Positions 39,190 to 52,410 of a stretch of DNA of 64,000 bases are shown one piece after another; positions within the stretch are counted from its first letter, which is position 1, and the number at the start of each line of letters is the position of its first letter. Under the pieces are notes generated by a model. It saw only the letters and a list, made by a program, of their open reading frames with translations, was not told where the DNA came from and did not search any database. Location of the stretch: the NCBI RefSeq assembly GCF_963921235.1, contig NC_086109.1, forward strand, positions 19,408,001 to 19,472,000. The letters run 5' to 3'. The stretch is from Mobula hypostoma (Eukaryota). Both the position numbers and the translations under genes were made by a program.

Positions 39190-41927
39190 AAAGTTCAAGA
39201 TTATTTAATGTCATTGCCTCTACATAATGGTAAGGAGAATGAAATGCAGATCCAATGCAGCACAAAAAAATCACAAAAAGATGAAGAGCACAATAATTAT
39301 AACAAAACAAACACAATAAATATAAGTACATAAGATAGCTTCTATGCATGCATTGATTGTATGTGCATGAAGTGACACTAGGCTGTACATCCGCTGACTG
39401 AAGGGAAATAACAAAGTAGTGGTGGAGTTAGTGGGCGGAGCTGATGGTCAACCTTAATGCTTGGGGAAAAGTGACTGATTTTAACTCTGGTGGTCCTAGC
39501 ATGGATACCACGTACCTTCCTCCCTGACGGGATCGGGGCAAACAGTCCATGAGCAGGGAGTGTTGGCTCCGTCATGATGTTAATGGACCTTCTCCGGCAC
39601 CTTTCTGTATTTATGTCTTTGATGGCAGTATGCTGTTGCCAGTGATGTGTTGGGCAGTTTTGATTTGCAGAGCCTTCCTGTCGGCTGCAGTACACTTACC
39701 ATACCAAGCGGTTATGCAGTATGTTAGTACGCTCTCTACTGCACAACTGTAGAACGATGTGAGTATCAAAGGTTATGGTGAGAAGACAGGTGTATGGGAT
39801 TGAGTGGGATTGGGAATCAGCCATGATGGAATGGTGGAGCAGAACTGATAGGCTGAATGGCCCGATTCTGCTCCTATTTCTAATGGTCTAATGGTCTTAT
39901 AGAAGTATAAAGTCCAGCTCTCTTCAGCCTCTTTAGAAAGTAGAGGTATTGGTGAGTATTCTTGACTGTGTTGGATGTGTTATGGGACCATGAGAGGTTG
40001 AGTGTGGTGTGCTCACCCAGGAGCATGAAACTGCTTGCAGTTTACACTGCTGTGTCACTGACGTAAAGCAGGATGTGAGTGCTACAAGTTCTCCTGAAGT
40101 TTTAACCATCCCCTTTGCCTTGTTGAGATTAAGGAAGAGATCATTTGCCTGGCACCAGTCCTCATAAACTTCCTATCTGTAGGCCATCTCATCATCATTG
40201 GCGATGAGCCCCACCACTGTTGTGTCTTCGGTGAACTTGACAATGTGATTGCTTGGTCTCTGGCCATGCAATCATGTATGAGTAACATGGGCTCAGCATA
40301 CAGCATGGGGGGTGGGGGGCAAGCGTATTGAGGATGATGGGGAGGGAGGAGCAGTTGTGTATCCTGACTACCTGAGTTTTGTTAGGAAACCAAGTTGCAC
40401 AGTGGTGTACTTAGACTGAGGAGTAGGAGTTTGTTCACCAGGGTCTGTGGAACAATAATATTGAATGCCAAACTGAAATCCAGAAAGAGCATTCTGATAT
40501 GAGTGCCCTTGTTTTCTAGCTCTGTCAAGGCCAGGTGCATGACAGATGCTATGGCATCTGTCGTGGAGCAGTTCAAGTTGGTAAGCATATTGATGAGTGT
40601 CTAATGTGGCAGGAATGAAGATTTTAATATATGCCATTATCAGCCATTCAAAGCAATTAATAATGTTTTGCGTCAGTGCCATTTGGCGGTTGTCAGATGC
40701 TTTTGAAGGTGTAGAGTTCTTTGGTACAAGGATGATGGTGGCTGATTTGAAGGCTGTGGGGACAGCAGCCTGGATGAGTGAAGTGTTGAAGATGTCCGTG
40801 AAGACATGAGTGAGCTGGTATGCGCAGTCCCTGTGCATTTCGCCTGGGATGTTGTCAGGCCCGGCTACGTTACAGGGTTTGACTCGTACAGCTGGAACTG
40901 CTTTTCCTTGCATAGTCATTAATGCCCTTGATGTGCAATCACAGATACTGGTGATTGGCTATCAGATAGGTGTTCCTAATTTTTTTATTGTGCATAGGTG
41001 ATCGCTGCCCTCTTGATGCTTCTCCTGACTGTTCCGCGAGTTGTTCCATCACCAGATTTGAAGGCAGTTTGCTGGGATTTTAGTGGGTAGTCCACCTCTG
41101 TGTTCAGCCGGGGTATCTGGTTGTGCCGTAAGATAACCATTCTTGAGGTACCAGCATTGTCTACTCATGTACTGCTGAAGCCAGTGACAGACGAGACATA
41201 TTCCTTGAGATTTGTATCTACATCGTTTGTGGCAGCCTTCTTCAATATCTGCCAGTTGGTCCATTCAGAACAGTCCTGAAGCATAGATACTGCTTCTTTA
41301 CGCCATACAGTGGTCTTCACTGGTTTCTCTATTTTCAGCAGTAGTTAGTATACTGCGATTAACCTTATGGAGATGTGGTCAGAGATTTGAGGACAAGTGT
41401 GTGGGATGACTTTGTAAGTATCATGTCTGTTTGTATAAACATGGTCCAGGCTGTCTGTTTCCCTAGAAGCCATGGTGATGTGTTGGTTGAATTTGGGTAA
41501 AATGTCCTGCAGGTTAACACGGTTGAAGTCTCCTACAATTATGTAGAGGCCGTCCAGGTGCTTGTTTTGTAGAAAGTAATAAAACTGCAAAGCTCTCCCA
41601 GTTCATTCTCAATGTTCATACTCAGGTGATATAGACAGCAGTGATGAGCAAAACAGTAAGCTCCCTTAATAGTTAATTCCAGCATTTAATTGTAAAATGC
41701 TCAATTTCCTCAGATCAGTGACTGCTAACTACAGATAAGCTTGTGCACCAACCATTATTAATGAATATTCAGATTCCATCTCCTTTGGATTTCCCTGACA
41801 GAGAGTCCCTATCTGTGTGGAACAAAGTCTAGTTGAGATACTGAAACAGGCATGTTGCTGCTCAGCCATGTTTCAGTAAAAACTAGAATGCAGCAATTTC
41901 TCATCTCTTTCTGTGCGTTCATTCTCA
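39190..41927 (-). mobile_element. Rex1/Babar-like LINE, decayed, with APE endonuclease and RT remnants
   Basis: Minus-strand ORF pieces IIVGDFN...LDHVYTN...SDH (41345-41590), AGPDNIPG...FTDIFNTSL...VPTAFKSATIILVPK (40368-40919), [12 protein letters not shown], and C-terminal HPAH-like/PSGRK (39378-39695). Confidence 0.85.
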
Positions 41928-42167
41928 GGCTGTGGTTAAGTTGCGGGTTGATGGGACTAGGCAGAATAACAGTCCGCACAGACTAGATGGGCCGAAGGAT
42001 GTCAGTTACTGCACTGTCGTGCTCCGTCACACTTTATCCATGTGGTTTTGTACAAACCTGCATGTTTCAGCAACAAGACCATGTCAATCTCTATGCATAG
42101 TCACGTAAAGTTTTGGAGAGATTGTTTAGTTCATTTGCACTGTTCTACAGGGTTAAATTATTGTTAA

Positions 42168-42595
42168 TATTATTACTGCCTGTTACACCGCTGGCACTTA
42201 GGGTAGCAATGAAGGTCCTCCATCCTTGGTAGTGTTCAGGGCTTCCTTCATTGTGTCAATAGCTTCTGCTCAGTTTTCACTACTGTCAGTCATGCAAGTC
42301 CTGGGTAGAGACTCAGGAATACTGTCACACTCAGATGTAGAAGGATTCTTCATTGCTGTTTCTGTAACAATTGTTTTTTGACTAGTCAGCATTGTTATCC
42401 CTGAGCAAAATCCCTAAACCCTGAGGATCAGTGGACCATTCTTAGTCTATCCTCTACCCATTGACCTGTTTGGCATGGGTAACCCTACCATAAGCCAAAG
42501 CATAAAACCCCGACTTCAGTAAACATTGCTCTCCGGGTCATTCAGGCATGCAAACCTCCAAACCCTATCACAAAGTTGTGGTCCTGTTGGAGGAC
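42168..42595 (-). mobile_element. Bipartite non-autonomous RTE (Expander-like 5'UTR joined to a 3' tail)
   Basis: Minus strand ggtagggttacccatgccaaacaggtc...agactaagaatggtcca resembles fish RTE 5'UTRs; ends in (taa)n. Confidence 0.55.
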
Positions 42596-45289
42596 ACAGT
42601 TAAATAGTATAGGCAAGCTTTCTTTTCCAATTTAACTGTGTTACATTTAAATGATGATAATTCTTTTAGAGGTATAATCAAGTACTAAATCTGCTTTGTG
42701 GAGTGTTTAACAAGATTCCTGTACAGGTACCCACTCATATGCATTTCATTCATTTACTCTGTTATGTTATTATGTTATGTTGTTGTCTTGTGTGTGGTTG
42801 TTAATTAATTCTATTGTGTTTCTTTGTATTTAATACTCAACCATCAGGCTCTTGAATTAAAGGGGATGACTTCATTCAACTTCATTTGCCCCATCATTGA
42901 AATGTTCCCTCAACTTATGGACTCGCTTTCAAGGATGCTTCATCTCATGTTCTCAATATTTATTGATTATTTATTTATTGTTATTATTACTTCTTTCTTT
43001 TTGTATTTGCACATTTCGTTGTCTTTTGCACACTGGTTGGCGTGGTCTTCCGTTGATTCGATTATTGTTATTATTCTATTTTGGATTTATTGATCATGCC
43101 CACAAGAAAATGAACCTCGGGGTTGTGTATGGTACCATATATGTGCATAGATCATTAATTTACTTTGATCTTTGAACTTTGATGTTCTGCTTCTACACTG
43201 ATGCTCAGCAGAGAGATTTTTGCCTTTGTTATTAACCCAGAGCACATATAAACTTTAAAATGGATTTAACAACCCATTAGCAGTGCAGGCTAGCTGAAAA
43301 TAATCCACATCAGCTCCCTGGCTGATTTGTGCCATGGCATTATTTGAAAGCTTGACTTAAAAAGCTTTTGCTTGGAATTCAGCAAACTAGTAAACCGTAA
43401 AGACGTTGCCCAGAATGGAAGGATAATGATCAGGGTGGATTTGTTGCTGTGCTCTCAACATGCAGGTTCTGAAATGAAAACAGAAAGAGAGAGAGCCTCT
43501 GCCCAAGTGCAAGCATAAGGACATAGAGAGACCACTCAATGAAATTGCATTTAATTACTACCATAATTGCACTTATCCGCCTTACTGGCACAATACATAA
43601 TGCCCCGATCTATAAAGCCCTTTCACCCTTATCTTTCTTTGTGACTCTCAAATGAGCCCCAAACCCAATGGCTTTAGTGAGAGAAAGAATTCCAGATTTT
43701 CACCAGCACAGTATTCCAGAAATTAACCCTAAATGGCCAGGATCGATTTTCAAGCCTATGATATCTGGACACGCCTACAAAATCCAATGGTTTCACTTTC
43801 TACTGAATGAAATTAATTCATCATTATTAACGTGTATTAATTAACTTAACTCATGATGTCCTATAGTTCTATACCAACAGACAGGAAAGATATTAGCGGA
43901 TTTCCCCTACTAGATCACTAAGAAAGTAAGAAGATGGAGGGAAAAGCCATACACCTTGAGCCTACTTCACTATCCAATAAGGTTATGGCATCTCTGTCAA
44001 GTCCTCACTTCCACTTTCCTGCCTAATCTCTTTAATCCCTGATTCCTCTGTAGTCCATAGTCTGTCTGGCTCTGACTTGAATATAGATCAGTGACCCAGC
44101 TTCTGCAGCTCTGCAGGTTAGAGCTTCCAAAGATTTGTAATCTACTGAGAGAAGAACTTCGTCCTCATCTTCACCTGAAAGAACCAATGACTCATACTGA
44201 AGATTGCCTGACCTAGGGTTGAAGGACTGTGTATGTGAGTGGTTGGGTGAAAGGAACAGGACATGCTGTGCTGTTGTTCTTTATTTTTCTTGTTGGGTTC
44301 TATGCTGTTCTGCTGAGCATTGTGTTTATGCTATGTTAGTGTCAACACTTGCAGGCTGCTCCCCAGCGCAATCAGGGGGGTGCATTGGTTGTTAAAGCAA
44401 ATGATGCATTTCACTGTATGTTTCGATATACACGTGGTAAATAAACTTGAATCTTGAATCTTGAGACAATGCACCCTGCTTCCTGATTGCTCACGAGGAC
44501 AAATATCAGCTCACCACCTATCCTCGGAAGCTTGTATATTTCAGAGCACACGCTCCAGCAGTGATGCAGAGGCTCGCAGGCTGAGAAAGTGATTGATCTA
44601 GTCTTTTGTAGTGTTATCTGATCTCAGCCAAGGCAATGGGTGCTGGTTGTTCATCAATGTCATCAATGCCTCAAGTCTTTCATTTCTCTTCACCGTACAA
44701 TAGCATCAACTGGAAAGTGAGTCTTGTGTAACAATAACCCGTCATCCCTCAAAGAGCCAAACTTGCATTCAACATGCACAATCTAGGGTACAATTGGGAT
44801 ATTGGTCCAGGATATAGGATAGACGATCACAATTTGCAATGCTGTGCCTAATTCGTAAATTTTGGACCTGCGGTAATTTTTGAAAGAGAAAATATACAAG
44901 GAAGTATACAGTGAAAAGCGTCACTTGTGTCAAATCAAATAAATAAGGATTATGCTAGGAAGCCCACATTTGTGGTGATGTTTCCTGCATCAATATAACA
45001 TGCCACAACTTACTAAGTAAGCTATAAGACATACTGACTACATCATATGTTAGTAAGATGTACTAACCCTCACCCGTATATCTTTGGAATGTGGGAGGAA
45101 ACTGGAGCACCTGGAGAAAACCTTCATGGTCACAGGGAGAAACCTCTTACAGGAAGAGGTGGGGATTGAACCGCAATCTTACCACTCGCATGCTGTAAAA
45201 CATTGCCTTAACTGTTACACTACTATGCTGAACACTTGCTACTGTTCAGTGGCAAGTACAAATCTACAGCTTGTCCTCAAGATCATGCG

Positions 45290-46752
45290 AGGAAGGTTTG
45301 ATGGCTCTGGGTCTGTACTCGCTGGAATTCAGAAGGATGAAGGGGTATCTCATTGAAATCTTTCGAATGTTGAAAGGCCTTTCCTTTACAGAAGGGATTA
45401 ATAGCAATAATTTATGGTATAATTATGAAATTACAGCCAGATATATCTGATGAAATCAAAAATGAATGGGAAAGGGAACTTCAACTTTCCCTACCTATAG
45501 AGAAATGGGAAAAAAAATTTCAATTAGTTAGTATTTCTTCTATATGTGCTAAACATACATTAATATAATTTAAAGTAGTACACAGAGCTCATCTGTCCAA
45601 AGATAAACTAGCCCGTTTTTATTCCCATATAAACCCTACTTGTGATAGATGTCACTCTGAAGTGGCTTCTTTAACTCATATGTTTTGGTCCTGTCCTCTT
45701 TTGGAAGAATATTGGAAAGACCTTTTTGATATTATTTCAACAGTTCTATGCTTTGATTTAAAACCCCATCCTATTACGGCAATCTTTGGATTGCCAATGG
45801 TAGAACATAGATCTTTGTCTTCTTCAGCCTGTCGAATAATAGCTTTTGTTACTTTAATGGCGAGAAGATCTATTTTGTTGAACTGGAAGGAAACTAATCC
45901 TCCAACAACATTCCAATGGTTTTCTCAAACCATATTAAGTTTAAATTTAGAAAAAATTAGAAGTGATATTTCTGACCCTTCGGTTAAATTTGAAGAAACT
46001 TGGAAACCTTTTATGCAGCGTTTTCATATGATGTAATCTGACCTTTCCGAATTTTTTTTCTAAACTTAAAATATATGATGAGAGGAGCGGAGTTAACAAC
46101 ATTATTGAACATGTCTGATACAAGCTGTTGGTCTAGCCTTGTTTTGCTTTTTTTGGTTTTTTTTTCTCTTTTTCTTTTGGGGTTTTTTTAATATATTTTT
46201 TTTCTTTTTATTTCTTTTTTTAATGATTAATCTCATTATGAGTTTGGAAGTCTTTTATATCTATGTTACTTAAAATTCATTTTATATATGCTGATGAACA
46301 TTTTTCCAATCTCTTTGTACCAACTTTGTTATTGAGTTTATAATTTTGAAAAATTAATATAAAGATTTAAAAAAGAAAAAGAAAAAAGAAAGGCCTAGAC
46401 AGAGTAGATGTAGAAAGGATGCTTCCCATGGTGGGAGAGTCTAGGACAAGAGGACGTAGCCTCAGTATAGAGAGGCGCCCTTTCAAAACAGAGATGCAGA
46501 GAAATTTCTTTAGCCAAAGGGTGGTGAATTTGTGGAATTTGTTGCCACATGCATCTGTAGAGACCAGGTCGTATTTAAGGCAGTGATTGGTAGGTTCTTG
46601 ATTGGACATGGCATCAAAGGTTATGGGGAGAAGGCCAAGACCTGGGGTTAAGGAGGAGAAAAAAAAGGATCAGCCATGATTGAATGGCGGAGCAGACTCG
46701 ATGGGCCAGGTGGCCTAATTCTGCTCCTATGTTTTATGGTCCTATGGTCTAA
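45290..46752 (+). mobile_element. CR1 3' fragment split by the L1 insertion
   Basis: ...ctcattgaaatctttcgaatgttgaaaggcct resumes as gaaaggcctagacagagtagatg... and ends ttatggtcctatggtct. Confidence 0.8.
45381..46387 (+). mobile_element. L1-clade LINE 3' fragment with A-rich tail and TSD, inserted in a CR1 fragment
   Basis: CCHC finger CDRC...LTHMFWSC (45640-45692), T-rich 3'UTR, A-rich tail 46369-46387, TSD GAAAGGCCT at 45372-45380 and 46388-46396. Confidence 0.88.
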
Positions 46753-47089
46753 GATTTGGTCCAAATAGTTGAAGCCAGAATTATCTGAAGCAAAACAAGG
46801 TGAAGAGCCACTAAAATGTAACAAGGGGAAGAGTGAGCCATACAAACCATTCCCTTTAGGTCCACAGTGCGGGTTAGAGAGAATTATCATAATTTCTAAA
46901 CCATAGACTGTTTCCCCCTTAGAAGTCCATCAATGCTCGTTTAAGTGCATTTAGGTTTCACCCACCATAGCTGGTTATGAAAGGACATTATCATCGCATT
47001 GGATCAGATTGGCATTGAGACTGCTTTGGAGATAGCTCTGGTCCTGTGCTATCTATCCCCTCTCCCAAGGAAAAAATAGCAGATAAACA

Positions 47090-47310
47090 AGATAGAGTCC
47101 TTGCCTGGTGTACCAGGCCAATAGATAACCCTCAATCAACATCACTAAGATGGATTATCTGATTAATATCACACTGCTGTTTCCAGGTACTTTCTGGATG
47201 CAAGTTATTTGACTTGCTTTCTTCATTACAGTAAGTGACTATGCTTCAAAGAGTACTTAATTGACTATGGAACACTTTTGGGGACATTATAAATTCATGA
47301 AAGTTACCAG
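47090..47310 (+). mobile_element. Old Deu-domain-type SINE (SacSINE1/AmnSINE1-like); related pieces at ~60-220, ~16700-16840, ~52560-52720 (-)
   Basis: ggccaatagataaccctcaatcaacatcactaa..gattatctgattaatatcacactgctgttt...gtgactatgcttcaaagagtacttaattgactatg resembles the Deu domain and tail as I recall them. Confidence 0.6.
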
Positions 47311-47849
47311 CTCTCTGTATTTCACTCTTTCTCCTTCTGATCCTCTCACCAACGATTCAGATTCAGAAACCCAAATACAAAGGCTTTTAGTAACTGATGG
47401 ACACAGTTCAACGAAATAAAGTAGCCCTTAATCACTAATTGACAGCATGGTTTCCATTGCCCCATAAAAGATGAAGGCCTCAGACAGCATTTTGGAAATG
47501 AGAAAGAGGAAGTTTTCTTTAATGGGCATGTGAACGTAAATATCTTTACAACATGCACTTAATTTGCTGACAGCTGTTGGTTCTAACAGCATTTATTTTG
47601 AAACAGGCCAGAATCACTAAATGGTTGAAAATCCCAGGCTCCTCATGTCTATGTGCTGCACTGCTCTTTACTTCATCCACTTTAACCTGGCAGACAGCTC
47701 TTCAAAACCTGCAGGGAGGTCTTTCACTATTTCCAATCTGTCATAGTTCTTGTCATACATAGGCGGAAAAATAGGCTTCACTGGGACTGCAACATTCAGT
47801 TTTCAGGAGACAATTGCAATCAGTGGAAAATATGAAGAACTCCCTCCCT

Positions 47850-48010
47850 CCCATTATCTCATTCTGGATTCTGTCCCTTTCCTTTCCAGTCCTGATAGAG
47901 GGTCTCATGAACTGTTTATTTCCCTCCACAGATGCTGCCTGACCAGCTGAGTTCCACCAACTTTTTGTGTGTGTTGCTCAAGATTCCAGCATCTGCACAA
48001 TCTCTTGTGT
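47850..48010 (+). mobile_element. Solo Penelope 3' end with internally deleted hammerhead
   Basis: cctttccagtcctgatagagggtctc...actgtttatttccctccacagatgctgcctgaccagctgagttcc tail. Confidence 0.7.
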
Positions 48011-48819
48011 ATTGACATCTCAACTGCTTTGTACTTCAATTTGGCCCAAGCCTACAGGACAAAGTAGACCATTTGGTCCAACTGATCTATATTGGTGTTG
48101 ATGCTCCACAACCAGCCCCCTATCCTTTCTTATTAAATTCATTTAAGTATATCCTGATATCCCTTCTTCCTTACAAACCTCTAGCTTCACCTTATTTGCT
48201 AGTGTGTCATTTCTCTAACCTACATGTGGAGCGAGTTTCACTCACCAGTGGGTCTCTGGGAAAGACATTCTTTGTGAATCTATCATTAGACTCATTATGG
48301 AGTAAGCTACCAAAAGGCATGATTAAAGCAGGTACGTTAACAACTTGGAGAGGTACATGCATATGAAAGGTTTCAAAGGGATGTCACGTATGCACGGAGA
48401 AAGAGCGACAGCGGAGTAGCACAAACGTATCGGAACGATGGTGGTAATGTGACAAGTGTGCATGCAGCTGATTAATCCAATATGTTTCAAGGGACACAGG
48501 CCAAGTGTGGGAAAATAGAATCAGCTTGGCCGGTATGGGTCAGTTGGGCTAAGGGCATGTTTCTCTGCAGTATGACTCTGAGCATCCGTGAACTTTAGTT
48601 CTGGTTTCCTCACAAAGAGAAATATTTTCTGTCGGCTTATTAAACATTCCTTATTTTCCAAAACATTATTGACTTCCTTGTTAATCATTTATTTCCAGAT
48701 TTAAAAAACCCAGCCATTACATTCCCTCGATTTTACTTGAGAATATTTCCTTTTTGTTTCATTCTCGTAGACCTGTAAACTCAGTCAGAGCCATCATGGG
48801 CATTAGTCGATGTAGTATC

Positions 48820-49210
48820 CAGGGCATCTTCAAGGAGCGGTGCCTCTGAAAGGTTGCATCCATCATCAAGGACCCCAGTCACCCAGATCACTCCATCTTC
48901 TCATTGCTACCATCAGGGAGGAGGTACAGAAGCCTGAAGGCACACACTCAATGATTCAAGAACAGCTTTTTCCTCTCTTCCATCCAACTTCTGAATGGAC
49001 ATTGAACCCATGAACACTACCTCACTACATTTTTTTAAAATTTTTGCTACTTATTTAAATGAACTATTTAAATAATTACAGTATATACAGATATACAGTA
49101 TATACTTACTGTAACTCAGTTTTTTTTCTCTATCATTACATACTGCTGCCACAAAGACAACAAATTTCACTACATATGCCTATGATATTAAACTCGATTG
49201 TGATTCTAAT
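48820..49210 (+). mobile_element. Rex1/Babar-like LINE 3' end
   Basis: atcatcaaggaccccagtcaccca (IIKDPSHP), ctaccatcagggaggaggtacagaagc (LPSGRRYRS) and an AT-rich tail. Confidence 0.75.
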
Positions 49211-49689
49211 TCTTAGGGAAACAGAAATATAGTGGTTGAATTTCTAGACTATTGATTTGAGGATGCGTGTTGGATCCCACCACAATAGCTGCCTGAGGGT
49301 CTTAGCTCCAAATAGTTGAATGAACGTGGGATGGAAACAGTCTAGTCTTGGTAAAGATGACTGGGCCTCACTGGATTTATACTAGCAATGCATGGAAATG
49401 ATGGGAGCTGCAGGGACTGTGGGGTGAACTTCAGGTCACTGAGGGTGAAAAACTGATTTGGCATAATGTAATTTTGGAGCTCTCTGTGCACCTAATCCCA
49501 GCTCACAGTCTGCCACAAGTTTCTGTCTGCTATTTTACCGAGGAATTAGGGAAACGAGTGTGCAGGAGCTCAGAGTGACAGAGAGCTCCAGGGAAATACT
49601 GTATCAAATTGATACAATGCTGTATTCTTGTCATATAGCTTTTGATGCTGATTATTTTAAAAGCTTTAGCTCTTCGCACTAAATACGGC

Positions 49690-50260
49690 CAAGTACTTCA
49701 GAAACATACGCTCTGGGCACCTGAACACCTCCTCATTAATGCAAAGATCTAATCAGCCAATCCTATTGGCAGCAACTCAATGCACAAAAGCATGCGGACA
49801 CGGTCAAGAGGTTCAGTTGTTGTTCAGACCAAACATCAGAATGTGGAAGAAATATGATCCAAGTGACTTTGACCATGGAGTAATTGCTGGTGCCAGACAG
49901 GGTGCTTTGAGTATCTCCGAAACTGCTGATCTCTTGGGATTTTCAAGTCTCTAGAGTTTACAAAGAACAGTGCGAAAAACCAAAGGAAGAGATCCAATGA
50001 GCAGCCGTTCTGTTGGTGAAAATGTCTTGTTGATGAGAGAGGTCAGCGGAGAATGGCCAGACTGGCTCAAGCTGACAGGGAGGTGACAGTAACTCAGCTA
50101 GCCATGCCTTACAACAGTTGTGTGCAGAAGAGCATCTCTGAATGCATAACATGTCGAACCTTAAAATGGATGGGTTACAGCTGCAGAAGAGCACGAACAT
50201 ACACTCAGTGGCCACTTTATTAGGAATAGGAGGTATCTAATAAGGTATTCTCTGAGTGTA
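49690..50260 (+). mobile_element. Non-autonomous Tc1-like DNA transposon (copies also at ~6552-7110 +, ~19972-20259 -, ~51267-51380 +)
   Basis: Transposase N-terminal HTH remnant M-KK-D-SDFDHGVIAGARQGALSISETADLLGFS; TIR motif cactcagtggccactttattagg flanked by TA. Confidence 0.8.
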
Positions 50261-52410
50261 TACAGAAGATGTGAACTCCAAGCAAGAAATCGGTGAGCAG
50301 AAGGAGTCTCACTGAACACAAGACCTCACTAACATGACAGTGACAGTGGAAATCCAAAAGTGACAGCCTACCCTCAGAACAATACAATTCTCCTGATAAG
50401 GAGGGGTGAAAGTAACCATGGCAACATCCTACATTATTATGGTAAATCACAGAAGAGGAGTCTAGCTCTTCAAGCCAATGAAAACAATGGTTTACTTAAA
50501 ACTACTGTTTTTTTATCTCTCTTTTTTAGTTCTGATGAAGATTCATTAACCTGAAGTATTAATCCTTTTTGTGTCTCCATAGATGCTGCCTGACCTTCTG
50601 AGTGTTGCTGTCATTTTCTGTTTTTTTTTTCATTTCAGATTTCTAGCATCTGAAGCTTTGTTTTGATTTTCAAAATGATTCACTTACAGTTTTTGGTGGC
50701 TGGAATCAGGAGCTATTCATCTGGACTACATCAAACAAGCACTGCTTGGCTTTTTGAACTTCGCGAATTATTAAAAATTTGAAGTAGATTAATTGATGTA
50801 CAAATTCGCTTGGTAGTTGGACCACAGAGTACCCAGATCTAGTAATACTTCAGTGCAAAGGCTATGAAGATTTCAGACCCAACCTGTTGTTAACAGTCAC
50901 CTCAAGGAATATTCCAATCCTGTTCTATATGCTGGAAGTAACGACTTAACTCTCTGTTAGGCACAGAATAAAAATTCCATTTCATCAAAGGTCACTTTGA
51001 ACAGCTAGACAGAGTTAAGTCCATTTGGATTTATTTGGAAGTCTGAATTAATTCTGATAGATTCTTGGATTCAGTGACTTGGGCATAAGTTTAGTTCACT
51101 GCAGTATGCCTCATTTGGACTAATTAGAGATAAGACTTCACTGAAAGGCTTGGACTGTTGTGATCCCACAATGCAAGAATGTGGTTGTCAGTGAGACAAT
51201 GAGAGCAAGAAGTTGACCAATGCATATTAAGCAAGGGGTCCATGGACCCTAGATTGGGAGCCCCTGCTCTAGAGTTTACAGAAATGGTGCAAAAACCAAA
51301 CAAAAAAATCCAGTGAGCAGCTGTTTGCTGGAAATGGCTTGTTATGAGAGAGGTCAGAGGAGAATGCCCAGACTGGTGACTGACTCCTTATGGTTGTCCA
51401 CTGCGCCCTGAAGTATGTGTATGCTCCTGATTGCATGAGTGTATGTGTATTGGTATTGGTATTAATTTATTACTTGCATATGCACCAAGATACAGGAGTG
51501 TATAGCTTGTCTTGCACACCACTTATACAGACCAAATCGTTACACAGTGCATTGAGCTGGGAAAAGGTAGAACAATAACAATGAATAAAATACAAAAGTA
51601 GCCCAAAAAAATGCAATACAAGTCAACGATGAAGAACAAGGTCACAGCAAGATAGATTGTAAGGCCAAGAATCCATCTTAACACACAAGATGTCTGTTCA
51701 AGAGTCTGAGATCAGTGGAATAGAAGCTGTCCTTGAGTCTGGTGGTATCTGTATACGTAAGAGTGCTCATAAGTGTGAGAATGGATGCATGAAGAAATGC
51801 GTATTTGATGGTGTCAGGAAATAAACTCTGATGGTTTTGGGTTTTCTGACCATGAAGTTCTAAACTCAAACGAAGATCTTAAGTGCTATGTGATTATAGA
51901 TAGCTCCTGGTACCCTCAGTAAAGGGAGGTTATACTGTAGCTACCTACTCTTCAAAGACTAGTTCATTTCCCTGTTTATCCTCCACAGTGAGTTTAGCTG
52001 CCAATGCCCACTATTCCTCCCTACCAAGGAAGAAATACTTCCAGCTAACAAAATAGATTAAAGTTAATTTAATTTAGTGATAAAGTCAAAATTCTTAAAA
52101 CACATTTAAAACTCACAGAAGTTTTCAATCTTATAAAAGATTTCCAAATTATAAATGATTTCTACAACACAAAGGATTTCCAAAACACAAGTACAATTCC
52201 TATAAGCTAAAAAGACCTATCAATGAGTTGCAAGTGAACAAATCATCCATTGCAGAAAGTGAAGGCAGAAGAATGGATTTAGCTGCCTGTCTTTTTGTCA
52301 TTCTTCTTGCTGTTCTGTGAGTACTCCTAAAAAGCCTGACTGCTCTCTAACATTTACACTGTTTTTTTTTGCCACATGGGTGACTTCACATATACATGAA
52401 ATCTCTCAAG

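Larger units (their letters stand above)
38420..42037 (+). mobile_element. CR1 3' fragment broken into three pieces by nested insertions
   Basis: Pieces ~38420-38587, ~38963-39188 and ~41928-42037 are colinear with the CR1 C-terminus/3'UTR seen intact at 36260-36729. Confidence 0.7.
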
